NCBI GenBank assembly: GCA_964550545.1 | Contig: CAZJZN010000001.1 | Span: 1 to 37,462 of the forward strand | DNA length: 37,462 nucleotides | DNA from: an uncultured Bdellovibrionales bacterium | Lineage (GTDB): Bacteria; Patescibacteriota; Minisyncoccia; Moranbacterales; UBA1568 | Direction: 5' to 3' | Shown: positions 15,545 to 26,103 of the stretch, piece after piece | How positions within the stretch are numbered: position 1 is the first letter of the stretch | Layout of the letters: each line of letters opens with the position of its first letter | Notes under the pieces: generated by a model | Database searches by the model: none | Seen by the model: only the letters and a program-made list of their open reading frames with translations | Told to the model about the DNA's origin: nothing | Program-made: the position numbers and the translations under genes

Positions 15545-17668
15545 ATGCAAGAAAGAAAATGGTCCCTCCAGATTGGAGGGCGAGTCCTCGAACTTTCGAC
15601 GGGACTCTTGGCAGGACAGGCGAATGGCGCCGTCAGGGCGCAGTATGGCGATACGGTCGTTTTGGCAACGGCCGTGATGGGCAAGAATCCCTCGAATATT
15701 TCGGGGTATTTTCCGCTTCTCGTTGATTACGAAGAGCGGTACTATGCGGCAGGAAAAATCAAAGGGTCTCGCTTTATCAAGCGCGAAGGGCGTCCGTCAG
15801 ACGATGCTGTCCTAACCGGGCGCGCGGTTGATCGCACGATTCGTCCACTTTTCAATCCGCGAATGCGGAATGATGTCCAGGTGATCGTGACGACACTCTC
15901 CTTTGATGGCGAGAATGATCCGGATGCGATCGGAATGATCGCCGCCTCCGCCGCACTCGCGCTTTCCGACATTCCCTGGAATGGTCCTATTGGCGCCGCC
16001 CGTGTCGGGAAAATTGGCGAGAACTTCGTTTTGAATCCGGTAAATGGCGAACGAGCGGAGAGCGAGTTCGATCTCCTCATAGCCGGGACGAGCAACAAGG
16101 TCAATATGATGGAAGTCGCCGCCACAGAAGTTCCGGAAGCGACCATGGTAAGGGCATTTGCCTTCGGGTTCGAAGCGGTTCAGAAAATTGCGACCTTTAT
16201 CGAGACCATCCGAAAGGAAATCGGCAAAGAAAAACTCATACCAACGCTCCTCGAGGCGCCCAAGGAAGTCGAGACCGATATTCGGAAGTGGTTTGAAGAA
16301 AAAGGCTTGGCGCAAGCGCTCTACCTCAAGGGGAAAAAAGAAACCTATGACAAGCTTCGTGAAATTCGCGAATACGTCGATACAAAAGTCGCCGAATCCT
16401 ACTCAAATGTTCCCAAGATTCGCGAAGTGACCGAGCAAGTATTTGAAGAGCTCTCCGATGAAATCGTGCATGAGAATATTTTGAAGCACGAGAAGCGCCC
16501 CGATGGACGCGCTCTGACCGAAGTTCGCCCTATCACATGCCAGGTGGGCATTTTGCCGCGAACACACGGAACGGGGCTCTTCACACGCGGCGAAACGCAA
16601 GCACTTACGGTTGCAACGCTCGGCTCTCCTGGCGATGAGCAAATTATCGACACCATGGAAGTCGACATGAAGAAGCGCTATATTCATCACTACAATTTCC
16701 CGCCCTACTCCGTCGGTGAAGTAAAGCCGATGCGAGGACCGGGGCGTCGCGAAGTGGGGCACGGCGCACTCGCCGAGAAAGCACTCGTCCCGGTACTTCC
16801 TTCCAAGGAAAACTTCCCCTATACCATCCTCCTCGTTTCCGAAATCCTTTCGTCGAATGGGTCGTCATCTATGGCGTCGACCTGTGGCTCGACACTCGCT
16901 CTGATGGATGCGGGCGTCCCCATTTCGGCTCCGGTTTCAGGTATCGCGATGGGAATCATCGTTGGCAATGAGAAAAACTACAAAGTATTGACTGATATTC
17001 AAGGGCTCGAGGATCATTATGGTGATATGGACTTCAAGGCCGCCGGAACCGCCAAAGGACTCACCGCCGTTCAGATGGATGTGAAGGTAGACGGAGTAAC
17101 CCTCGATATGCTCGAAGCCGTCCTCATGCAAGCAAAAGAAAATCGCGCGGAAATTCTCGGAAAAATGCTCGCTATTCTCCCCGAATCACGTTCGAATCTT
17201 TCGCCCTATGCACCACGCATTATCGTGCTACACATTAATCCGGAGAAAATCCGCGATATCATCGGACCGGGCGGCAAGATGATCAATCGCATCATTGATG
17301 AAACCGGTGTCGAAATCGATATCGAAGATGACGGCTCAATTTTCGTCACTTCTCCAGATGAAGTAAGCTCCAAAAAGGCGGTGGAGTGGATCGAGAATCT
17401 CACTCGAGAAGTAAAGCCGGGCGAACTCTTCCAGGGACGCATCACTCGACTGATGAATTTCGGCGCCTTCGCGGAAGTACTCCCGAATCAAGAAGGACTC
17501 ATTCATATTTCCGAACTCGCCGATACCAGAGTGGAACGCGTCGAGGACGTGGTTCGTGTCGGGGATATCATCCCGGTTATCGTGAAAAATATCGACGAAC
17601 AGGGTCGAATCAATCTTTCCCGAAAGGCGGCACTTCGACACACAGGCGATTCGCCTCGTGAACAGTAG
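15545..17668 (+). CDS. pnp: Polyribonucleotide nucleotidyltransferase (PNPase)
   Basis: Start taken at MQERKWSL. It has two RNase PH domains, a KH domain ([15 protein letters not shown]) and an S1 domain ([28 protein letters not shown]). Confidence 0.96.
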   Translation: MQERKWSLQIGGRVLELSTGLLAGQANGAVRAQYGDTVVLATAVMGKNPSNISGYFPLLVDYEERYYAAGKIKGSRFIKREGRPSDDAVLTGRAVDRTIRPLFNPRMRNDVQVIVTTLSFDGENDPDAIGMIAASAALALSDIPWNGPIGAARVGKIGENFVLNPVNGERAESEFDLLIAGTSNKVNMMEVAATEVPEATMVRAFAFGFEAVQKIATFIETIRKEIGKEKLIPTLLEAPKEVETDIRKWFEEKGLAQALYLKGKKETYDKLREIREYVDTKVAESYSNVPKIREVTEQVFEELSDEIVHENILKHEKRPDGRALTEVRPITCQVGILPRTHGTGLFTRGETQALTVATLGSPGDEQIIDTMEVDMKKRYIHHYNFPPYSVGEVKPMRGPGRREVGHGALAEKALVPVLPSKENFPYTILLVSEILSSNGSSSMASTCGSTLALMDAGVPISAPVSGIAMGIIVGNEKNYKVLTDIQGLEDHYGDMDFKAAGTAKGLTAVQMDVKVDGVTLDMLEAVLMQAKENRAEILGKMLAILPESRSNLSPYAPRIIVLHINPEKIRDIIGPGGKMINRIIDETGVEIDIEDDGSIFVTSPDEVSSKKAVEWIENLTREVKPGELFQGRITRLMNFGAFAEVLPNQEGLIHISELADTRVERVEDVVRVGDIIPVIVKNIDEQGRINLSRKAALRHTGDSPREQ

Positions 17669-17696
17669 CCGAGACTCGACATCTGTGATACAATAA

Positions 17697-17721
17697 GAAG
17701 CGGCAAACACCGCTTCTTTTT
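17697..17721 (+). terminator. Rho-independent terminator after pnp
   Basis: gaagcgg-caaaca-ccgcttc followed by ttttt. Confidence 0.8.
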
Positions 17722-17765
17722 GTTTCGAAAACAAGGGACGCTTTTTGTAAAAAATCGGTACTATT

Positions 17766-19154
17766 ATGGGATTGTTCTCAAAAAAAGAAGTGGTGAAAAC
17801 TCCTCCGTCATCTCTTTCCGGAGCGAAAATTCATACCATGAAAGACGATATCGAACACATCTCAATAGATCAACCATCTTCATCACGTACTGAAGCAAAC
17901 TCGATTCCCAAAACGCCGCCCCTCGAAACACCTCCTTCACCGGTCATTCCGACTGCCAGTCCATTCTCTCAACCGGCGACAACCTCGCCCATCGAATCTC
18001 CCGAGAGGGAAGTGTCGCAAAAAGAGGTTCCGACCAAAATCGAACACGCTCCGAAAACAATCCCTTCCGACGAACCGAAACCAACTCCTCCGGCGCCAAT
18101 CTTTCAACACGCGCCACTCAATCTCCCTTCTTTTCAAAAACCCCTCGGCAGCGCGTCAACGATCAAAGAAAAAGAATCGCCCGCACACGCGGACACATCC
18201 TCGTCGGAGCATCTTCAAGAAAAAACATCTTCAAAGGAGCTTGAAGCACTCCGAACCGGCGCATGGCCAAAGGTTCAAGAGGATCAATCATCACTGCCAC
18301 AAAAAACAGCGCACTCAAGTATAAAGCCAAAGAAGTCGACGCAATCGGTTCTCTCCTCCGTCAATGCCCTCCCGGAAAATATTATTTTGCGCGAAGGCTG
18401 GGGATGGAAAGGGAAGTTCTTCGTAATATTGGGAATTCTCGCGCTTGTTGGAGCTGGCGGATATTTTTTCTGGAGAACGCGTCAGTTTTCCGATATCACA
18501 CTCCCCTCCGTCTCACTTCCCGACATATCCATCAATCCATCGGCGGAAGACATCCAAAAAGATTCCGAAAAAGAATGGCCATTCTCCACGAAAAATCCAA
18601 ACGCATTCCCCATTGACGTCGAGACTGAGAGTGTCTCTCTACTTCGGGAGCGACTCATGCAAAATGCTCTCACGATGAAGGAATCCGGTATGAGCGAACC
18701 GGTCGCGTTCTCCGTGGTCGACAAAACCAATACGCCGATCGCTTTCTTTATCTTCGCCTCCATTTTTAACCTCGGACTTTCGGGAGATCTCCTCAACAGT
18801 CTCGAAAACAAGTTCACCCTCCATCTCTTCCTTGACGCGGGAAATCCAAGACTCGTACTCTCCATACCCGCAAAGGATACACCGGAAGCCAAAAAATATC
18901 TCGCCGCTTCGGAGAGAACTCTCGCCGTAAGCCTCAAAAATATCCTCCTTGCTGAAAATGTCTCCGTGCCATCCGCAGCATCATTTGAAAACGGTATGTA
19001 CCGAAACATTCCCATACGGTATTTTAATATTTCTTCAGATACATCCCTTTCTTTCGACTACGCCTTCATTGGAGATACTTTGATTATTGGCACCAGCAAA
19101 GATTCTGCACGCGCCATTATCGACACCGTATTATCATCCGAAAGCGACGAGTAA
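17766..19154 (+). CDS. Hypothetical membrane-anchored protein with a Pro/Ser-rich N-terminal region
   Basis: 462 aa with a low-complexity N-terminal 200 aa, one TM segment (FFVILGILALVGAGGYFFW) and a globular C-terminal domain with no motif I recognise. Confidence 0.6.
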   Translation: MGLFSKKEVVKTPPSSLSGAKIHTMKDDIEHISIDQPSSSRTEANSIPKTPPLETPPSPVIPTASPFSQPATTSPIESPEREVSQKEVPTKIEHAPKTIPSDEPKPTPPAPIFQHAPLNLPSFQKPLGSASTIKEKESPAHADTSSSEHLQEKTSSKELEALRTGAWPKVQEDQSSLPQKTAHSSIKPKKSTQSVLSSVNALPENIILREGWGWKGKFFVILGILALVGAGGYFFWRTRQFSDITLPSVSLPDISINPSAEDIQKDSEKEWPFSTKNPNAFPIDVETESVSLLRERLMQNALTMKESGMSEPVAFSVVDKTNTPIAFFIFASIFNLGLSGDLLNSLENKFTLHLFLDAGNPRLVLSIPAKDTPEAKKYLAASERTLAVSLKNILLAENVSVPSAASFENGMYRNIPIRYFNISSDTSLSFDYAFIGDTLIIGTSKDSARAIIDTVLSSESDE

Positions 19155-19331
19155 TTCGAATAAGAAGTGTTGGAGTTAGGCAGGAAGAAAGCAAAAAAAA
19201 GAATTTTTCTTTTTTTCTTTCCCAAAAAACCTTCCAAAAAGAACTGTGTATCGATAAAGCATTGACCCATCTTTTTTCCCTCGATTTTTCCCCAAAAAGC
19301 CCTTCTTTTTCTCAAAACATCCTCACGTTTT

Positions 19332-19360
19332 TTGACCCTCGATTCATTTCCTGCTATACT
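19332..19360 (+). promoter_or_regulatory. Near-consensus sigma70-type promoter with no ORF downstream
   Basis: ttgacc (19332-19337), 17-nt spacer, tatact (19355-19360). Confidence 0.5.
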
Positions 19361-19366
19361 GAGATT

Positions 19367-19950
19367 GTTCCCAATGAAAATGTTCCTTAAAAAATTCCCA
19401 CAAACGTCTCAGTAGTTGACCCGACCGTTTTTGTCCTCCTTTCAAAAATCTCACCAGAGATTCAGTGAATGGTAGCGGGGTTCCAATCGCAATTTCCCCC
19501 TATTTGCGATTGGAACCCCCCTACTGTTCCTCCCCGAAAAATCGGGGCGCTTCCTCATCCGACAGGAAGCACCAAAAAAACAAAAACAAAGTTTTCCTGT
19601 CGCACAAAAATAAAGGCAGAAAAACAAAAAGAAAAAAGAAAAACCAGTTCTTTAAACGGAGTAAACACTCCACAAAAATAGGCTACATGCCAAGGACACG
19701 GTACGGGCGGCACTCCATCGGAAGGGTGCTATCAACAAAATGCGCACAAAATACGCGAAACTCTTTTTGGATTACCATGCCTCTCACCCGTGGCTACGTA
19801 ACCGGAGCACGCGTTGGCGCATAGCCGGGCGTCTCGCCACTTATTATATAATTCGGGCGTTAGACGCCCGGCACCCAACTTTCTCCCGGTTGCCGGAAAC
19901 AAGAAGTTTTTCAAAAAAGAAAACAGAAGCCCGAAAGGGTGTTTTTTGTT
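19367..19950 (+). ncRNA. Candidate non-coding transcript or structured region (class unknown)
   Basis: Downstream of the orphan promoter there is a 16-bp stem (19477-19492 with 19504-19519), hairpins at 19532-19547 and 19549-19570, a 10-bp stem (19824-19833 with 19863-19872), and a weak terminator cccgaaaggg plus T-run near 19930-19950. Confidence 0.3.
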
Positions 19951-20019
19951 TTTCAAAAGAAAAAAGAGCCGAACAAAATATGTTCAGCTCGTATTAAATA
20001 AATCGGGGTTTCCTTTTTC

Positions 20020-21408
20020 CTATGAAATCGACCGTTTCAAGACATTTGGATGCTTCTCTGCAAGCGTCAGGATGAGCTCGCCAAAGAGCGAATTTGCCCA
20101 CCCAAACCACGGTCTCGTAAAACGACGGGGATCATCAATATCCACACTCTCGTGTATAAAATACGTTCCCGCGTGCGTTTCTTTGAGTGTACGGAGGCAC
20201 TGCAGTATTTCCTCTTCATTGTCGGTCGTGAGCGCCTGCACGATCGTAGCCATCGGCCAAAAACGCTCCAGTGCTCCCGTATGGGGACTCGCTACGCCGG
20301 AAAACCTTCCTTGAAGAAAAAATGGGTTCCACATTCCCAGAATAAACTGCCGCGTCGAGAGATACACCGGATCATCCGAAGAACAATATCCAAGAAGAGG
20401 AAGACTCAAGAGACTCGGAACATTTGGGTCATCCATAAGGCACTGCGATCCGAATCCGTCAATCTCGTACGCGAAGATATCGCCACAATCCCGATGAGCG
20501 ACAATACCGTTTCGCCTGATACCCTCGTCAATTTCCCGCGCCATCCGCTCGCACCGATTTACCAAGGATTCTTGAGCCGAAGGAAGCACCCGTAGTAAGA
20601 CCGCAACAGCCCGAAGTGCCACAACAGCAAAAGCGTTTACTGGAACAGAATATGGGAAAACCGCTTCATCATCCGACGGACGGAAAACACTCCGAATAAG
20701 ACCACACTTCCGTCCGGGATAGCCATGCCCATCAAGACGAACCGAAGGAAAAGGTTTTCCATTTGGCGCAAAGAATCGAAACATTTCCTTTGCATTGTCC
20801 CTCGAGAGGGTCTCTCGCTCCCGATCAAACAGATCAAGAACCTTCACAATTGCCTTGATCCACCGAGTATCAAAGGGAAAAATGTCACTGGAATACTCCC
20901 AATACTTGGCAGAAAGCCACAGAAACGACGCGAGGCTATCGAGTTCAAATTTCCTCTCCCAGACTCCCCGCTTCCATTTCATCCCCTTTGGCCACCACGG
21001 ATTTTTGGACACCCGGGAACGTGTTTGATATGCAAACGCATTCGCGTATGGATCTATGAGGACACACGCTGTCTGACGTCGCACTAAACCGGCAACCATT
21101 TTCTTCAATGATTCTTCTTGATCGATAAAACGAAGATAAGGAACCACCTGGTTGGCAGAATCTCGAAACCACAATGCCGGAATATCTCCTGTTGAAATAA
21201 ACGTATCCGGCTTTCCCTGGGCATCCTCGGTATACATCACCGCCGTATCCAGCGTATTCGGAAGGCACTGAGAAAACATTCGCTGAATTTCCGGATCGAC
21301 AATACGCCTGGCAATATCGACAATAATATGTTCAATTCGTTCACTCCGAAAAAGCCTTTTTGACTCCTCGGGACGACTTTTCAAACGCGCGAAATATTTC
21401 TGATTCAT
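20020..21408 (-). CDS. GH125-like (DUF1237) metal-independent alpha-mannosidase family protein
   Basis: Start taken at [32 protein letters not shown] matches the family signature as I remember it. Confidence 0.7.
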   Translation of the reverse strand: MNQKYFARLKSRPEESKRLFRSERIEHIIVDIARRIVDPEIQRMFSQCLPNTLDTAVMYTEDAQGKPDTFISTGDIPALWFRDSANQVVPYLRFIDQEESLKKMVAGLVRRQTACVLIDPYANAFAYQTRSRVSKNPWWPKGMKWKRGVWERKFELDSLASFLWLSAKYWEYSSDIFPFDTRWIKAIVKVLDLFDRERETLSRDNAKEMFRFFAPNGKPFPSVRLDGHGYPGRKCGLIRSVFRPSDDEAVFPYSVPVNAFAVVALRAVAVLLRVLPSAQESLVNRCERMAREIDEGIRRNGIVAHRDCGDIFAYEIDGFGSQCLMDDPNVPSLLSLPLLGYCSSDDPVYLSTRQFILGMWNPFFLQGRFSGVASPHTGALERFWPMATIVQALTTDNEEEILQCLRTLKETHAGTYFIHESVDIDDPRRFTRPWFGWANSLFGELILTLAEKHPNVLKRSIS

Positions 21409-21677
21409 ATGAAAGTCTCTCCCAAAAATATAGTATTGATAAGGTACCCTGTTGCCACAAAACGCGCAACATGAAACCATACATCAGCAAACATCGAAAG
21501 TCAACTACCCAACAACGCGCATTCCAAGTAGAAAGCCCTCGTTCAAACTCGCCCGGAAATCCCTCGAAGGTAAATACGACACCCCCACGAAATATTCACA
21601 TTCCAAAACTGTGAAACAAATATCAAAATTGGTCACACAAAAAACGGCTCCAGAAAGCCCTGAAAATTAAGAAATGG

Positions 21678-21733
21678 CTATTCGATAGTCAAATATCGAA
21701 TAGTCTTGACTTTTCGATAATACACTATATAAT
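21678..21733 (+). promoter_or_regulatory. Promoter plus upstream 10-bp inverted repeat (possible operator)
   Basis: The inverted repeat is ctattcgata-gtcaaa-tatcgaatag (21678-21703). The promoter is ttgact (21706-21711), 16-nt spacer, tataat (21728-21733). The ATG lies only 9 nt after the -10 element. Confidence 0.55.
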
Positions 21734-21741
21734 AGTCATAT

Positions 21742-22863
21742 ATGAAACGCGCACAAACCGAAAACATCCTCAAAGATCTCGAGAAAAAAATGGTCTTCCT
21801 GGTGGGTCCCCGCCAAGTGGGGAAGACGTGGCTCTCGAAAGAAATAGCGAAAACGAGCGATGTTCCCGTCTATTTAAGCTTCGATCAAGCGGAAGACCGC
21901 GAAATCATCAAAAAAGAGGCGTGGCCTGTCGGGACGACGCTTCTTGTCCTCGATGAACTCCACAAAATGCGAGGATGGAAAAACTATTTGAAGGGAGTTT
22001 TTGATACCAAAAATCCCACTCTCAAGATTCTCGTGACCGGAAGTGCACGACTCAATACCTTTCGACAGGCCGGCGATTCACTCGCAGGAAGGTTTTTCAT
22101 CCACCGACTCCTTCCGTTTTCTCTCTCGGAATTGAAACGTATCGGGGAACCGTCCGATATGGAAAAACTCATCACCCGAGGCGGTTTCCCGGAACCGCTC
22201 CTCACCGAAACAGAGGAGGACGCCGAACGATGGCGGAGTCAGTATTTTGACGGACTCATCCGAACCGATATTTTGGATTTTGAAACCGTACACAATTTGA
22301 ATGCTGTCCACATGACACTGGAACTCCTCCGCCGTCGCGTGGGATCGCCCGTTTCACTCGCCGGTATCGCCGAAGACGTGCAGGTGTCCCCGATCACTGT
22401 GAAACGGTATCTGGAAATTTTCGAGTCACTATTCATCATTTTCCGCGCAACACCCTATACGAAAAACATCGCGCGCTCCATTCTCAAGGAACCTAAGGTG
22501 TATTTCTTCGATACGGGACTCGTCAAAGGGGATATCGGGGCACAATTTGAAAACTTCGTCGCCGTGAGCCTCCTCAAACATACCTATGCGCTCTCGGATA
22601 TGACCGGGAAACAGCATGAACTCAAGTATTTGCGAACCAAAGACGGAAAAGAAACGGATTTCGTGCTCGCGGAAAACGGCGTTGCCACCGAACTGGTAGA
22701 AGCGAAGACTGCGGAAAGCGATCCGAGTTCGAATCTCCTCTATTTTTCAAAAAAATATGGCATCAAGGGAACACAAGTGGTCAAAGATGTAAAACAAGAA
22801 GCGTCTTTTCAAGACATCAATATCGTTTCAGCTGAAAAATATCTAGAAAATCTCTTTTTGTAA
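21742..22863 (+). CDS. AAA+ ATPase with a C-terminal DUF4143-like domain
   Basis: Walker A is GPRQVGKT and Walker B is LLVLDELH. The length and C-terminal region fit the AAA_14/DUF4143 architecture. Confidence 0.75.
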   Translation: MKRAQTENILKDLEKKMVFLVGPRQVGKTWLSKEIAKTSDVPVYLSFDQAEDREIIKKEAWPVGTTLLVLDELHKMRGWKNYLKGVFDTKNPTLKILVTGSARLNTFRQAGDSLAGRFFIHRLLPFSLSELKRIGEPSDMEKLITRGGFPEPLLTETEEDAERWRSQYFDGLIRTDILDFETVHNLNAVHMTLELLRRRVGSPVSLAGIAEDVQVSPITVKRYLEIFESLFIIFRATPYTKNIARSILKEPKVYFFDTGLVKGDIGAQFENFVAVSLLKHTYALSDMTGKQHELKYLRTKDGKETDFVLAENGVATELVEAKTAESDPSSNLLYFSKKYGIKGTQVVKDVKQEASFQDINIVSAEKYLENLFL

Positions 22864-22868
22864 AATCT

Positions 22869-23270
22869 ATGACCCTCTCTGTATTTTCCCTATTTTTCCG
22901 GAAAGATGAGCCGATCGGGAGGAAGGGCGAGCGAGTCGCGGCAGAATATTTGAAGAAAAAGGGCTTCAAAGTTCTCGAGATGAACTATAAGAATCCAAAA
23001 GGGAAACAGCTCGGAGAAATAGACATCATCACACAGAAAGAAGGTCATATTGTTTTTGTGGAAGTGAAAACACGACGAGGAGAACCGGGGAAAGCCTTCC
23101 CGGAAGACAATTTGACTCCCGGAAAACTCCACAAACTCGAAAAAATCGCCGCCCATTACCTCCAGACACACCGGGAAATCGACACTCCCTATCATTTCGA
23201 TGCCGTCGCCGTCCTCTTCGACGCCACAGGAACCGCCACCATCCGCCATTTCGAACACATATTCTCCTAA
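22869..23270 (+). CDS. yraN: YraN-family (UPF0102) endonuclease-like protein
   Basis: RKGERVAAEYLKKKGFKVLEMNY, then GEIDIITQKEGHIVFVEVKTRRG, and a C-terminal FDAVAV. Confidence 0.85.
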   Translation: MTLSVFSLFFRKDEPIGRKGERVAAEYLKKKGFKVLEMNYKNPKGKQLGEIDIITQKEGHIVFVEVKTRRGEPGKAFPEDNLTPGKLHKLEKIAAHYLQTHREIDTPYHFDAVAVLFDATGTATIRHFEHIFS

Positions 23271-23382
23271 AAAATTGGACAAATTACCCCTCTCTCCCTA
23301 TACTTCACATCAGAAGAAAATCCCGTTTCCTCTTGTTCCATACTTTTGCATTTTGAATTTTTCATTTTAAATTTCATTCCCT

Positions 23383-23733
23383 ATGTCTCTCGATTCAACC
23401 GTTCTCGCCGAGCTCAAAGAACGTCTCCTTGCCGACAAAAAGCGTCTCGAAGATGCACTTTCAAAGTTTGCCACCAAAACTGATGCGCCAGGCGAGTATG
23501 AGACACGCATAGAAGACATCGGTACTGATACGGATGACAACGCGACCGAAGTTGAAAGCTATGTCGACAATCTTGCTGTCGAAGCCAATCTCGAACATGA
23601 TCTTCGCGATACCCTCGACGCGCTCGAAAAAATGGAACGAGGTACCTACGGGCTCTGCGAGAAAACCGGCACGGAAATCTCGGTCGATCGCCTCCGCGCC
23701 TACCCAGCCGCAAGAACAGCGATCGTAAATTAG
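23383..23733 (+). CDS. DksA/TraR-family protein with a degenerate zinc finger
   Basis: A coiled-coil N-terminus is followed by ERGTYGLCEKTGTEISVDRLRAYPAARTAI. Only one Cys remains where C4 is expected. Confidence 0.7.
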   Translation: MSLDSTVLAELKERLLADKKRLEDALSKFATKTDAPGEYETRIEDIGTDTDDNATEVESYVDNLAVEANLEHDLRDTLDALEKMERGTYGLCEKTGTEISVDRLRAYPAARTAIVN

Positions 23734-23742
23734 TTTTTCCGT

Positions 23743-24147
23743 ATGTTTCGAAAACAAACTTTCCGGCTCTTGGCGGGAAGTTTGTTTTTTTTGGCGATAT
23801 GCCAAGCGGCAAACTCTCTCTTCGATCCGCCACTCATTTGTAATACCGGGATTGGATTTGGCATGAATATTCCCCTTTTTGTCCTCATTCCACTCACTTC
23901 CATTGCTCTCATCATTGCCGGATCCTTTGTGTGGAAAATACTCGCAAGCACATCCGCGTCGTTCCCCTTCGCACTTCCCGGCGCCTCAATACTCATAGGC
24001 GGCGCCCTCTCCAATATTGGAGAGCGTCTCACACGAGGTTGCATTCCCGACTATTTTCTTCTAGGATGGTTTCCAGCCTTCAATATGGCGGATATCGGGG
24101 TCAGCATAGGGACAACTCTTCTCCTCATTGCGATTTTGAAAAAATAA
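23743..24147 (+). CDS. lspA: Lipoprotein signal peptidase II (short form)
   Basis: NTGIGFG, GGALSNIGERL, IPDYF and FNMADIGVSIG. Confidence 0.85.
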   Translation: MFRKQTFRLLAGSLFFLAICQAANSLFDPPLICNTGIGFGMNIPLFVLIPLTSIALIIAGSFVWKILASTSASFPFALPGASILIGGALSNIGERLTRGCIPDYFLLGWFPAFNMADIGVSIGTTLLLIAILKK

Positions 24148-24177
24148 CTCATCTTGCGCACTCATTGAAAAACCCAT

Positions 24178-24320
24178 CCCGTCATACCCGCGAAGGCGGG
24201 TATCCAGGCTCCACCAGCTTACAGAAGGCACGCTACGGATTTCGTTTGCAGAAGTGTTACGTTTGGCAAGTGGTAACTGGATTCCCGATTTCTCGGGAAT
24301 GACGATAAGAGGAGCTGGTG
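24178..24320. repeat. REP-like GC hairpin pair in inverted orientation
   Basis: cgtcat-atacccgc-gaag-gcgggtat-ccag (hairpin at 24184-24203) and ctgg-attcccga-tttc-tcgggaat-gacg (24281-24300). Also ccaccagc (24211-24218) can pair with gctggtg (24314-24320). Confidence 0.65.
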
Positions 24321-24418
24321 CGTAAGGTGAGTTATAAATTTCAAATGAATTTCCAAAATTCTTTTTTCCGCCAGCTGGCGGATTAACATTTGCCATTTAT
24401 CATTCGTAGACTACCCTC

Positions 24419-25945
24419 ATGCCTGCCAAACTGTTTTCCGCCGCCACGCTGGGACTCGAGAGCGAACTCGTCGAAGTTGAAGTGGACGCTTTCAATACGG
24501 GAATGCATCACTTCACCGTAGTCGGACTCCCTGACACCACGATCAAAGAATCTCGCGATCGCGTCTCATCCGCCATCAAAAATAGCGGCTTTCTCCCGCC
24601 ACACCGCTTCGGCCGCATTACCGTTAATCTCGCTCCCGCCGATCTCCCCAAGAACACGCCCGTCTACGACGTGCCGATGGCTCTGGGATTTCTCTTGGCA
24701 ACCGAACAGCTCAATTTCGATTTCCGAGACAAGCTCTTCGTCGGTGAACTCTCTCTCGACGGCAAAGTCCGCCCCATAAGCGGCATCCTCCCGATCGCGC
24801 TCCTTGCAAAACGCTTGGGATTCACCGAGCTCTATGTTCCCGAGAAAAACGCCGCCGAAGCATCAATGATACGCGACGTCACGGTGATCCCGATCACATC
24901 CCTCTTCGATACCGCCCGACACCTCAGCAAAGCAAACACCATCGCCCCACATCCGGATATCGATATGGAATCGCTCTTCCAAGAAGAAACCTTCCTCCTC
25001 GATATGAAGGACGTCCGTGGTCAAGAACACGCCAAGCGCGCCCTCGAAATCGCCGCCGCCGGGGGCCACAATATCTTGATGAGCGGTCCTCCGGGAAGCG
25101 GAAAGACCGTTCTCGCCAAAACGCTCCCCTCCATCCTCCCCAAGCTCAATTTCGAAGAAAGCATCGAAATCACCAAAATTTTCTCGATTGCCGGGTTCCT
25201 CACGCGCGGGAATACTCTCGTCACCGCGCGCCCTTTCCGTTCGCCCCACCATAGCGCCTCAGCAGTCTCTTTGGTCGGCGGCGGTTCCTTCCCCCGCCCA
25301 GGCGAAATTAGCCTCGCGCACCGCGGCGTCCTCTTCCTCGATGAATTCGGCGAATTCTCCAAAAATGTTTTGGAGAACCTGCGTCAGCCCCTCGAAGACG
25401 GACACATCACCGTCTCCCGCGCCAAGGGCTCCCTCCACTTTCCCGCACGATTTATCCTCGTTGCCGCGATGAATCCCTGTCCCTGTGGAAACTTGGGCGA
25501 TCCCGAGCGCCTCTGCTCCTGCTCACCCCGCGAAACCGCGCGCTATAAAACACGGATCTCCGGCCCCATTATGGACCGGATCGACCTCCACATCGAAGTC
25601 CCGCGCGTCCCCTTCGACAAACTCGAAGCCCCAGGCGACGCTGAGCGGAGCCTCGACATCCGCGCCCGCGTCGAACGCGCCCGCGATATTCAAAGAAAAC
25701 GCTTCGAAGGGAAAGGAATTTTCACCAATGCCGAGATGAATAGCGCCCTCCTCCGTGAAATATGCCCCCTCGACCAAGCCGGCAAAGATCTTTTGCGCCA
25801 AGCCGTCTCCTCCATGCGCCTCTCCGCCCGCGCCTATTACCGCCTCATCAAACTCGCCCGCACCATCGCCGACCTCGAAACATCCGACCATATCACCCCC
25901 ACCCACCTCGCCGAAGCCGTACAGTACCGCTTCAAGACGGAGTAG
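24419..25945 (+). CDS. comM: Mg-chelatase-like AAA ATPase YifB/ComM
   Basis: 508 aa with Walker A GPPGSGKT, Walker B VLFLDEFGEF, a CPCGN..CSC cysteine cluster, and the C-terminal ITPTHLAEAVQYR. Confidence 0.93.
   Translation: MPAKLFSAATLGLESELVEVEVDAFNTGMHHFTVVGLPDTTIKESRDRVSSAIKNSGFLPPHRFGRITVNLAPADLPKNTPVYDVPMALGFLLATEQLNFDFRDKLFVGELSLDGKVRPISGILPIALLAKRLGFTELYVPEKNAAEASMIRDVTVIPITSLFDTARHLSKANTIAPHPDIDMESLFQEETFLLDMKDVRGQEHAKRALEIAAAGGHNILMSGPPGSGKTVLAKTLPSILPKLNFEESIEITKIFSIAGFLTRGNTLVTARPFRSPHHSASAVSLVGGGSFPRPGEISLAHRGVLFLDEFGEFSKNVLENLRQPLEDGHITVSRAKGSLHFPARFILVAAMNPCPCGNLGDPERLCSCSPRETARYKTRISGPIMDRIDLHIEVPRVPFDKLEAPGDAERSLDIRARVERARDIQRKRFEGKGIFTNAEMNSALLREICPLDQAGKDLLRQAVSSMRLSARAYYRLIKLARTIADLETSDHITPTHLAEAVQYRFKTE
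25851..25945 (+). repeat. Direct repeat, left copy (the 3' end of intact comM)
   Basis: A 95-bp segment aligns with 28155-28249. The 44-bp core atcacccccacccacctcgccgaagccgtacagtaccgcttcaa is identical at 25892-25935 and 28196-28239. Confidence 0.9.
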
Positions 25946-26103
25946 GAAAACGCAAAAAGAAATTTGACAGATCCCGAATTTGTCACTACAAAGGGAAAGC
26001 GTAGTTTTTTACCAATTCGGGTTTCGCTCCTCTTTTTCAGTTTTTGGGCAGGATACGCGGTAGGCGTGTATTCCCCGAAAACTGTAACGCGAGGAGCGAA
26101 GCA

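Noticed and set aside
19465-19824. 119-aa ORF, and alternatively RNase P RNA, SRP RNA or tmRNA, in the 865-nt gap
   Set aside because: The ORF is Lys/Arg-rich low-complexity sequence that crosses the hairpins. I could not find the conserved RNase P blocks (GAGGAAAGTCC, ACAGAA.CCGGCTTA), the SRP GGAA-tetraloop/AGCA motif, or a tRNA-like 3' end. The RNA class is left unassigned.
24061-24396. 111-aa minus-strand ORF
   Set aside because: It is a translation of the REP-like hairpins (VIPEKSGIQ, RLRGYDG) and is not a credible gene.
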